From positions 17,498-81,497 of the IMG/VR virus record IMGVR_UViG_3300033067_001807: a stretch of 64,000 nucleotides of DNA; one strand, written 5' to 3'. The position numbers and the translations under genes are program-made. Of this stretch, positions 56,809 to 64,000 are shown in pieces; position 1 is the stretch's first letter; every line of letters starts with the position of its first letter. This stretch comes from a virus. Taxonomy: Duplodnaviria; Caudoviricetes. The notes under the pieces are model-generated. The model ran no database searches. It was given only the letters and a program-made list of their open reading frames with translations, and had not been told where the DNA came from.

Positions 56809-58779
56809 TTATTTAATGGAAAGTTTCTCATCTCCTTTTTTGTGAGAGATAGTATAAACTTTGCTTCCTTTAACTATTGTTTTTAAAATAATAGCGTCTG
56901 CCAATAAATCTTCAACGTAAGTTTGAACTGCTCGTTTTAGTGGTCTTGCACCATATTGCGCATCATATCCTTTTTCTGCAAGAAAAATCATTGCCTGTTT
57001 TGTTAATTTTATGGTATATTCTTGTTCTGCCATTCTACTAACAACCTTATTGATTTCTATTTCTGCGATTTCTAATACATGTTCCTGTTTTAAACCATCA
57101 AACAAAACTATTTCATCAAGTCTATTTAAAAACTCAGGTGCAAATTTATTTTTAAGTTCTTTTCTAATAACTGTTTCCATTTCTATTTTGTGAGAAGTAA
57201 CTGATGTTGAGCTACTAAACCCGATTCCTGCACCAAATTCGGCAACTCTTTTTGCACCAACATTACTTGTCATAATAATGATAGTATTTGTAAAATCAAC
57301 AGTTCTTCCTAAACTATCAGTTAATCTTCCTTCATCTAAAACCTGTAATAGTGTGTTAAACACGTCAGGGTGGGCTTTTTCAACCTCGTCAAATAATACA
57401 ACCGAATATGGTTTTCTACGAACCTGTTCTGTTAATTGTCCACCTTCCTCATGTCCAACATAACCAGGCGGAGAACCTATAAGTCGACTTACATTAAATT
57501 TTTCTTGATATTCTGACATGTCAATTCGGATTAATGCATCTTCGCTTCCAAAGTAATAGTCAGTTAATGCTTTAACAGTTTCTGTTTTACCCACACCAGT
57601 TGGTCCAATAAACATAAAGGAACCTATGGGTTTTTTAGATGAACTTACTCCAGTTCTACTTCTTTTAATAACTCTACAAAGCCCTTCAACCGCGTTATCT
57701 TGTCCAATAATCATAGACTTAAGTTCGTTTTCCATTTGAACAATAATTCTATTCTCATCGTCTGTCATTCTTGTGATTGGAATTCCAGTTGTTTGTGATA
57801 TTGTTTCTGCAATATCCTCGTAGGTTACCATTTTTTTATTTAATCTAAGCGTCTCCTCCCATTCCTTTGTGGTTTTTATTATTTCTTCTTTTTTGGAAAG
57901 TTCTAAATCTCTAAACTTTCCTGCCTTCTCGTAGTCCTGTTGGTCAACTGCAACTAATTTTTGAGTTTTGAATTTTTCTGCCTCTTTTTCAAGTTCCTTG
58001 ATATTTTCAGGCATTTTTACTTCTTTTAAATGTACCTTGGCACCTGCCTCATCCATAACGTCAATTGCTTTGTCCGGTAATTCACGTTGTGTAATATACC
58101 TATCAGATAATTTAACGCATGCTGCAATTGCTTCATCACTATACGATACTGCATGGTAATCCTCGTAGTTTGATTTAATTCTTGTAAGAATTTCTATTGC
58201 ATCTTCAATTTTAGGTGGATCGATAAATATTTCTTGAAATCTACGAGTAAGTGCTCCGTCCTTTTCAATATTTTCTCTATATTCATCAAGTGTAGTTGCT
58301 CCAATACATTGTACTTGCCCTCTTGCCAACGCGGGTTTTAAAATATTACTTGCATCTAAAGAACCACTGACACCACCTGCACCGACTATAGTATGAATCT
58401 CATCAATAAAAACAATTATATCTTTATTCTCTTTTAATTCATCCACTATATTTTTCATACGCTCTTCAAATTCACCACGATATTTAGTACCTGCGACTAT
58501 ATTTGAAATGTTTAATGAAATGATTTTCTTATTAAGAAGAGTCATTGCCACCTGTTTATTAACAATCCTCTGTGCAATTGCTTCAACTAATGCGGTTTTT
58601 CCAACCCCAGGGTCTCCTAATATAATTGGATTGTTTTTCTTTCTACGTGAAAGAATTTGACAAATTCGATATACTTCTTTTTCTCTTCCAATAATTGGGT
58701 CAAGTTTTCCTTCAATCGCCATTTGAGTTAAGTCTTCTCCATATTGGTCGATAAACGGTGTATTAGTTTTCTTTGACAT
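56809..58779 (-). CDS. clpC: ClpC-type AAA+ unfoldase lacking the N-terminal domain
   Basis: Two AAA modules (GDPGVGKT/IDEIH and GPTGVGKT/FDEVEK), KYRG and GYVG pore loops, UVR M-domain QQDYEKAGKFRD, IGF loop. Confidence 0.9.
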   Translation of the reverse strand: MSKKTNTPFIDQYGEDLTQMAIEGKLDPIIGREKEVYRICQILSRRKKNNPIILGDPGVGKTALVEAIAQRIVNKQVAMTLLNKKIISLNISNIVAGTKYRGEFEERMKNIVDELKENKDIIVFIDEIHTIVGAGGVSGSLDASNILKPALARGQVQCIGATTLDEYRENIEKDGALTRRFQEIFIDPPKIEDAIEILTRIKSNYEDYHAVSYSDEAIAACVKLSDRYITQRELPDKAIDVMDEAGAKVHLKEVKMPENIKELEKEAEKFKTQKLVAVDQQDYEKAGKFRDLELSKKEEIIKTTKEWEETLRLNKKMVTYEDIAETISQTTGIPITRMTDDENRIIVQMENELKSMIIGQDNAVEGLCRVIKRSRTGVSSSKKPIGSFMFIGPTGVGKTETVKALTDYYFGSEDALIRIDMSEYQEKFNVSRLIGSPPGYVGHEEGGQLTEQVRRKPYSVVLFDEVEKAHPDVFNTLLQVLDEGRLTDSLGRTVDFTNTIIIMTSNVGAKRVAEFGAGIGFSSSTSVTSHKIEMETVIRKELKNKFAPEFLNRLDEIVLFDGLKQEHVLEIAEIEINKVVSRMAEQEYTIKLTKQAMIFLAEKGYDAQYGARPLKRAVQTYVEDLLADAIILKTIVKGSKVYTISHKKGDEKLSIK

Positions 58780-58853
58780 ATTTTTAATTTAATTTATATT
58801 ATTTGTATGTGAAAAAATGATTTTGTTTCTTCTATATTATATTTATTCTAAAT

Positions 58854-58886
58854 AAAAAAGGCTGCCCAATTAAGGACAACCTTTTT
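58854..58886 (-). terminator. Intrinsic terminator
   Basis: GGTTGTCC...GGGCAGCC stem (G-U pairs work only on the minus strand) followed by T6. Confidence 0.75.
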
Positions 58887-58937
58887 AATTCGTTCTATTG
58901 TGAATAAAAAACCTATGTTATATTATATATCAGTGTT

Positions 58938-59144
58938 CTAAGACTTAATTTTACCGAGAGATCTTTGTACACAATCTGAACATAAAACCGCAGTTGCCTT
59001 TTCACCAACTTCTACCCATGTTTCACATATTCCACTTTCCGGAGCATATTCTCCCCATTTGGTTTCGGATGGTTTTGAATTTGAACAAATCATCAATCGT
59101 TTCTTAGTGCCATTAGTTCGCGCAATTTCCTTTGTTTTCCACAT
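58938..59144 (-). CDS. Small Cys4 putative zinc-binding protein
   Basis: C20, C40 and a CSDC motif. Confidence 0.6.
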   Translation of the reverse strand: MWKTKEIARTNGTKKRLMICSNSKPSETKWGEYAPESGICETWVEVGEKATAVLCSDCVQRSLGKIKS

Positions 59145-60195
59145 AATTAAAATATTTGTAATTTATACTTGTTCTAATCAAATTGTTTCATATTTTCTAT
59201 GATTATTTTCTGGTAGGTTATTCAGATCGTCTTATTTCTTATTGGTGTGGGAAAATTTAATTTCCTGCCTTTAAAAAAATCATTTTTTTCACCAAAATAG
59301 GGGCCTAGGGCCCAAAAAATAACTGGTAAAATTTTTAATATCTAAGGGTGATTCCCCCATAATATTGAGGGTACCGCAGAATCCCGGGGGAAATATCAAA
59401 ATCCCTGCAACAACACCACAATTTGCCACAATATTATGATACTTAATATAAGAACCCATATTGGCGGTGAAATTTGTAACCATTCTAAATATCATAGTAA
59501 TACCATCTATATTAATTATAGTCTTATAGTATTTAGATAGAATAACAGATTTTATATTTTATTTAAATACTTTAAATCCCTACAACGACGCCGCCCATTC
59601 TGAGTTGAAGTAGTGAATCACCATTTTAGGGGGGTATTTTAAAATGGGTACTGTGAGACCTCTAAAACCTCAGTCTACTGTGAGACCGCGCAACCTCTGC
59701 CCTCTGGGTCTTTCCTCAGGCTTAAAGACTTAAGTTATATTGCAGTATTTCCAGTTTGTTTCAGAATCTGTGAAACTTTTTTTAAAAAGATTACACATCC
59801 CTCTGAGTGCACTGGGGAATATCAACTCTTAGGGTAGTATCGATGATTAGAGTCTATTATAGTTCTTTTATTTCTTCAAGTCTCGCCGCAACCCTTGAGG
59901 TACTGAAAATTTCCCGGGGAATATTTTTTGTCCTGGCTACTTTGGCTTTTTCTGGGTGTGCTAGAGACCCTAACTATGGGTGGAGGTGTATTCATATTCT
60001 GAGGGAATTTGGATTCAACTGAGGACATGCAGGCCTGTGAAGGGTACAACATGCAAAATCTCTGGACTAGGATAATTGGTCGGCCTAGGGGAAGTCGCAA
60101 TGCTATATTACTAATATTAGTTAGTAGTCTATAGATGACCATGCCCCTCCATCTCTCAACCCTCAGAGCCACTGTAATTTGGCCTTTCCTCAAGG
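59145..60195. other. About 1 kb GC-richer non-coding region with direct and inverted repeats
   Basis: No credible ORF; TACTGTGAGACC x2, (C)CCGGGG(G)AA(A)TAT-like x3, several hairpins. Confidence 0.55.
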
Positions 60196-60858
60196 TTAGC
60201 GCAGGCGCGGCTTTGGCATGCTACCCACCTTCGGCACAAATTGCTTTGGGGTATTTGGCGCGCCATAGCGAGGGCCCAGTTGTGTTGCAGGTCGATTTTG
60301 AGGTATAGAGCCCAGCAGGTCAGCGGGCGGGTGGGCATTAGGCGGGCTGGTTATATTATCTGAATTATAGGGTTTTGTCGCAGGGCGTGTAGGGCCTGTG
60401 GCGTCAGGATAGGGTTTGTTTATATCTGCCATCTGATCTTTAGGATAGTCAGTGTCTATTGGTGTTGCTTGTGGTCTATCTGTATTTGTTAACCTGCTAG
60501 CGGCTTGTCTGTCTAGTAGTCTTTCAGTAAATGTTTTATTCTTGGGTGTAGGTGTTTCTATGTTAGGGTCAAGCTCATTTGGGTATTGTGCGTCTAGTGG
60601 CTTATTATATGATGTATCTGCTAGGCCACGTGTTTTAGCTAATTGGGCCTCTGGGGATGTTCCCTGATTGGCCTTGGAGTGTTCATTATTTACCATCTGA
60701 GAGGCCTGGTCAAGGTTGCCTCCAGGGTTATCTATTTGGGTTGAACCGGGATTTGCATCTATATTTGAGGGTATAGCGCTTAAGTCGGTCTTATTAGCCG
60801 TAGAGAGCTTTGCGGCATTAATTCTATCTGCCATTGAAAAGTTTAATGGCCTATACAT
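60196..60858 (-). CDS. Pro/Asn/Thr-rich disordered protein
   Basis: 220 aa; TAATG-coupled to an upstream 47-aa ORF. Confidence 0.65.
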   Translation of the reverse strand: MYRPLNFSMADRINAAKLSTANKTDLSAIPSNIDANPGSTQIDNPGGNLDQASQMVNNEHSKANQGTSPEAQLAKTRGLADTSYNKPLDAQYPNELDPNIETPTPKNKTFTERLLDRQAASRLTNTDRPQATPIDTDYPKDQMADINKPYPDATGPTRPATKPYNSDNITSPPNAHPPADLLGSIPQNRPATQLGPRYGAPNTPKQFVPKVGSMPKPRLR

Positions 60859-61001
60859 TATTTAGCCTCTTCTGATTTATCTAATTTATCCAATAACTGT
60901 TGTAGTCTTTGGATTTTTTTATAGTTAGTTGGCTCTTCCTGTTTGCTTTTTAGGATTTGCTCCATAACCTCTCTGGATGTTAGTGCTGCTGTTGCTGCCA
61001 T
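60858..61001 (-). CDS. Small helical protein (47 aa, absent from ORF track)
   Basis: MAATAALTSREVMEQILKSKQEEPTNYKKIQRLQQLLDKLDKSEEAK; late motif GAATATATA at 61031-61039. Confidence 0.65.
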   Translation of the reverse strand: MAATAALTSREVMEQILKSKQEEPTNYKKIQRLQQLLDKLDKSEEAK

Positions 61002-61051
61002 AGTTAAATGTTTTATTGTTTATAATAACTTATATATTCACGGGCATCTGG

Positions 61052-61477
61052 TTATGCAGGTATAGCTGCCTCATTAGCCGCATATGCGCGATCAGCCCAG
61101 GTCTTAGCATTAACTGCATGATATTGCTCTTGGTCGTATAGGTTAGTATTATAGAATAATTGATTAATGGTTCCCACTGTTAAATTGGCTAGGATAGCTT
61201 CATCTATTAGGGCAATTTTGTTTCCTTTACGGGCAAATATTGTTAAGTAATAGTTTCCGCCTTCTGGGCAGAATTCAACCGTTTGTAGTGCACCTTTTTT
61301 ATGGGCAGTTAATAGGGATTCTGGGTTTTTGATATATTGTGCATTCTCAAATTCTCTTGCTTCACTGATTGTCATCCAACCTGCTCTGCATTTTGTAATA
61401 AATCTGAATTTACCTTTAGTATAGTCTGTTAGGTAATTAACTGTGTTGATCTTTGTGGTGTTGATTAAATTTTTCAT
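61052..61477 (-). CDS. Hypothetical early protein
   Basis: 141 aa behind an early promoter copy. Confidence 0.75.
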   Translation of the reverse strand: MKNLINTTKINTVNYLTDYTKGKFRFITKCRAGWMTISEAREFENAQYIKNPESLLTAHKKGALQTVEFCPEGGNYYLTIFARKGNKIALIDEAILANLTVGTINQLFYNTNLYDQEQYHAVNAKTWADRAYAANEAAIPA

Positions 61478-61487
61478 GTTTTATATG

Positions 61488-61557
61488 TTTTAATTATAAT
61501 GTAAATATAACTACTATCTGTGACCCGTGAAAATTTAATTGCATAAAGTTATTAACA
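61488..61557 (-). promoter_or_regulatory. Early promoter
   Basis: TGTTAATAA...TTTTCACGGGTCACAGATAGTAGTTATATTTACATTATAATTAAAAC. Confidence 0.75.
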
Positions 61558-61563
61558 ATTTAA

Positions 61564-61635
61564 TGTTTATAAGTTTTATGAAATAAGTTACCAAATATTT
61601 TTTTATTTCACCAATATTAGTTATATTTACACTAT
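61564..61635 (+). promoter_or_regulatory. Early promoter variant
   Basis: TGTTTATAA (61564-61572)...TTCACCAATATTAGTTATATTTACACTAT. Confidence 0.68.
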
Positions 61636-61649
61636 GAAAAATAAAACAA

Positions 61650-61753
61650 TGACATAGCGCGCCAATGTGGCAACAGAATCGGAAGATTCGACAAGGGCGG
61701 TCCTCAATCCCAGGGGAGGGAGAGTAGACTCCATCCTGTCTTATATTTTTTTT
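61650..61753 (+). ncRNA. Candidate structured small RNA
   Basis: GC-rich island behind an early promoter with no plausible ORF; GAAUC-GGAA-GAUUC; GACAAGG/CCUGUC closing stem; U-rich end. Confidence 0.45.
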
Positions 61754-61766
61754 AAGGTTAGGGCAT

Positions 61767-61846
61767 TGTTAATAACTTTTTTGGAAATAAATGCATTTTT
61801 ATTTTCATGGTTCACCAATAGTAGTTATATTTACACTATAATTAAA
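61767..61846 (+). promoter_or_regulatory. Early promoter
   Basis: TGTTAATAA (61767-61775)...TTTTCATGGTTCACCAATAGTAGTTATATTTACACTATAATTAAAAC. Confidence 0.78.
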
Positions 61847-61857
61847 ACAATAACACC

Positions 61858-62073
61858 ATGAAAACATTATTTGAACAACTATCACCTGAAAATCAAAAGA
61901 AGGTTATTAAATTCCAAAACATTGACCTAACTGAATCATTAAACACTAAACACCGGTTTATTCAATTGAATGCGCATGATTTAGTAATGCTATCTGATAT
62001 TTTTAAACTTAATCATTATGATTGTTCATTTGCATGGACAATGTCAGCAATATCTGACTTATTTAAAAAATAA
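61858..62073 (+). CDS. Hypothetical early protein
   Basis: AAAACAATAACACC-ATG leader behind the early promoter. Confidence 0.72.
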   Translation: MKTLFEQLSPENQKKVIKFQNIDLTESLNTKHRFIQLNAHDLVMLSDIFKLNHYDCSFAWTMSAISDLFKK

Positions 62074-62120
62074 TTGAAACTTTTTAGCAAACTAATATAT
62101 AAATATAAAATCATATAACT

Positions 62121-63257
62121 ATGGCAATTGCAACCCTTTCAAATCAATTAGTAGATCGTAAAAAAGTAGAAACTTTAGAAGCTCAAAACTTACGTAGAGT
62201 AGTACACTTCCGCGATATCAATATTATAGATGCTGAGTCTATTGAATATAATGGTCAAAAAATCAGCATTACAAAATCAGCATTTAAAAACCTATTAGGT
62301 TTATTAGGAATGTCTAATACATTTGCACAAAAATTCGAAACCCTATTTACTAAAGAAGCTAAATCACAATTCATTAATACAATGAAAAATGCAATGGCAT
62401 CTAATAGTGGTAAATTATCTGAAGTAACCCTTGTTCTTAATCCAATTTCTAAATCAGTAGTTGCTATTACGAAAAAAGAGGAATTCGGTATTTCAAATGC
62501 TCAATTTATGGGAGTTGCTGAAAATATCATTGACAATCAAAGTATGAGTGTTTCAAATTGGTCAGTAGATCCTACTACTGGTATTGTAACCATTAATGCA
62601 TTTAACCCTAATGCAAACTTTGCAGTTAAAGGTTTAAGTGATGAGGTATTTACAGGTGGTGTTACCTTTAAAAATTCACCAAAAGATGGATTTCAAGTAC
62701 TTCCTTATGTTAACCGTCAATGGTGTACTAATGGATTAACTACTGCATTCTCACAAGAAGCATATACATTAAATTCATTAGATGCAACTTCAATGGAGAA
62801 ATTCTTTGAAAACTTAAATGAATTACGTAAAAATAACTTTGCTCCTACTGGATTTGCTGATCGTGTTAGAATAGCTAACAGTACTCCTGCATCACTACAT
62901 GAAATGCAATTTGCTCATAACCTTATTGCACCATTTGCAGGTGAACGAGTTGACAACTGGGTACCTCTAACCGAGAATCTTAATGCTTATGCAAAGGCTG
63001 GATTTGAATCATTAACAACTGATCAGATGAAAGGTGCTAAAGCAAATACATCTATCTGGGATGTAACTAATTCAATTACACATTTTGCAACACATGGCGC
63101 TGGTATTATAGATACTAACATGCAAGATTACAATGCTTCTGATCTTATGGTTAAAGCAGGTAATTTATTTGGAAAGAAAAGATTTGACCATGAAAACTCT
63201 ATGCCAAACCCGTTTGCTGCATCTGAATTTTCAAGACATGGTTCTCTATTAAACTAA
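62121..63257 (+). CDS. DUF932-like protein
   Basis: YVNRQWCTNGL matches the R..C.NG motif; WDVTNSITHFATH near the C-terminus. Confidence 0.6.
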   Translation: MAIATLSNQLVDRKKVETLEAQNLRRVVHFRDINIIDAESIEYNGQKISITKSAFKNLLGLLGMSNTFAQKFETLFTKEAKSQFINTMKNAMASNSGKLSEVTLVLNPISKSVVAITKKEEFGISNAQFMGVAENIIDNQSMSVSNWSVDPTTGIVTINAFNPNANFAVKGLSDEVFTGGVTFKNSPKDGFQVLPYVNRQWCTNGLTTAFSQEAYTLNSLDATSMEKFFENLNELRKNNFAPTGFADRVRIANSTPASLHEMQFAHNLIAPFAGERVDNWVPLTENLNAYAKAGFESLTTDQMKGAKANTSIWDVTNSITHFATHGAGIIDTNMQDYNASDLMVKAGNLFGKKRFDHENSMPNPFAASEFSRHGSLLN

Positions 63258-63287
63258 AATAACTTAGTCTTCATATTGGAATTAATT

Positions 63288-63319
63288 AAGGAGCCATTCT
63301 CACATTAGGCTCCTTTTTT
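63288..63319 (+). terminator. Intrinsic terminator
   Basis: AAGGAGCC-12 nt-GGCTCCTT followed by a T run. Confidence 0.75.
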
Positions 63320-63356
63320 AATGCCTAAAAATTTAACAAAGTTTTAACACTTTTTA

Positions 63357-63401
63357 TTTTCACGGTTCACCAATAGTAGTTATATTTACACTATAATTAA
63401 A
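63357..63401 (+). promoter_or_regulatory. Early promoter
   Basis: TTTTCACGGTTCACCAATAGTAGTTATATTTACACTATAATTAAA. Confidence 0.78.
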
Positions 63402-63412
63402 ACAATAACACC

Positions 63413-63616
63413 ATGAAAACAAAAAACATAATCACAGCTTTAACTATCATTTCAATTCTTGCAATTGGAGTAGCAATCATTCAAATCTTAATTCAAGTTG
63501 GATGTCTTTCATTATTATTTATGATGAAAAATCCAATCACCGCAATAGGTATATTATGCTCCGCTGCATTCGGGGTTTTTCTAGCTGACACTCTATATAA
63601 AAGAATTAGAAAATAA
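63413..63616 (+). CDS. Small two-TM membrane protein
   Basis: Two long hydrophobic stretches and a basic C-terminus. Confidence 0.7.
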   Translation: MKTKNIITALTIISILAIGVAIIQILIQVGCLSLLFMMKNPITAIGILCSAAFGVFLADTLYKRIRK

Positions 63617-63627
63617 TTACAAATAAA

Positions 63628-63672
63628 TTTTCACGGTTCACTGATAATAGTTATATTTACACTATAATTAAA
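63628..63672 (+). promoter_or_regulatory. Early promoter
   Basis: TTTTCACGGTTCACTGATAATAGTTATATTTACACTATAATTAAA. Confidence 0.78.
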
Positions 63673-63683
63673 ACAATAACACC

Positions 63684-64000
63684 ATGCCAAAATTATCTTA
63701 TACATTTAAACAAACCAGCCGAGGGTTTGAATTAACTGAAATCGAAACAGGCCATCAGGTTATAATCACAGATGAACATCCTAAATACGAATGGATGTCT
63801 CAGTTAGAATCTAATAGACTGGTTAATATAAATGCGCAGGGACATTTCAATTCCTCTAAAGATTATCATAATGCATATGGTTTAGATTTAGGTACAACAC
63901 GTGAAACTCAAATAGCTAGACCTATTGGGCCGATTACCCTAACTAAACTAGATGATTTAAAGATAGATGAAAGTCTATTCTTTCCAATGGCAACAGGTAC
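63684..64000 (+). CDS. Early protein, 5' partial (runs off window)
   Basis: Hand translation MPKLSYTFKQTSRGFELTEIETGHQV...LKIDESLFFPMATG is open to the window end. Confidence 0.75.
   Translation, partial: MPKLSYTFKQTSRGFELTEIETGHQVIITDEHPKYEWMSQLESNRLVNINAQGHFNSSKDYHNAYGLDLGTTRETQIARPIGPITLTKLDDLKIDESLFFPMATG

Noticed and set aside
59289-60338. ORFs 59289-59495, 59807-60022, 59876-60193 and 60156-60338
   Set aside because: No A-rich leader or promoter, composition unlike the real genes, mutually overlapping; treated as non-coding, though small peptides cannot be excluded
61650-61753. Possible tRNA, SRP RNA or ribozyme
   Set aside because: No TTCRA/T-arm or acceptor stem, no SRP helix-8 internal loop, no hammerhead or HDV core
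61667-61861. 64-aa plus-strand ORF
   Set aside because: It runs through the U-tract and the next early promoter and uses a non-ATG start; an RNA structure explains the sequence better
1-64000. Stop-codon reassignment as in some Bacteroidota megaphages
   Set aside because: Long genes are intact in the standard code, and both TAG (for example 21766) and TGA (38577) act as stops

Overview
The window is a 64 kb segment of a large, AT-rich, T4-like myophage read in the standard genetic code. The host is most likely a Bacteroidota (Flavobacteriia-like) bacterium. This rests on A-rich, SD-less start regions, a Flavobacterium-type bS21 and a LETM1-like protein; all family calls are from motif recognition, not database searches. 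Nearly all genes are on the minus strand up to about 61.5 kb. From left to right: (i) a baseplate, neck and fibre module (1-30.5 kb; gp6-, gp25-, gp13-, gp5-, gp53-like) containing an amidoligase and a ribosomal protein S1 homologue; (ii) small accessory genes, including dCMP deaminase, UvsE, RNase HII, PhoH, DnaJ, an unannotated 59-aa bS21 and proteins with T4 internal-protein-like capsid-targeting N-termini; (iii) an island (40-53.6 kb) pairing a long collagen fibre and coiled-coil fibres with three GT2-type glycosyltransferases, a DUF2827 protein and a 2OG-Fe(II) oxygenase; (iv) a ClpC(N-domain-less)-TS-UVR-ClpP block; (v) about 1 kb of GC-richer, repeat-containing non-coding DNA, then a switch to plus-strand early genes. 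The early genes follow a conserved promoter (8 copies), and one copy drives a candidate structured small RNA. The best candidates for undescribed systems are a virion-fibre glycosylation/hydroxylation cluster, a phage ClpCP protease with four UVR-motif adaptor-like proteins, and a recurring promoter-inside-hairpin control of translation starts.
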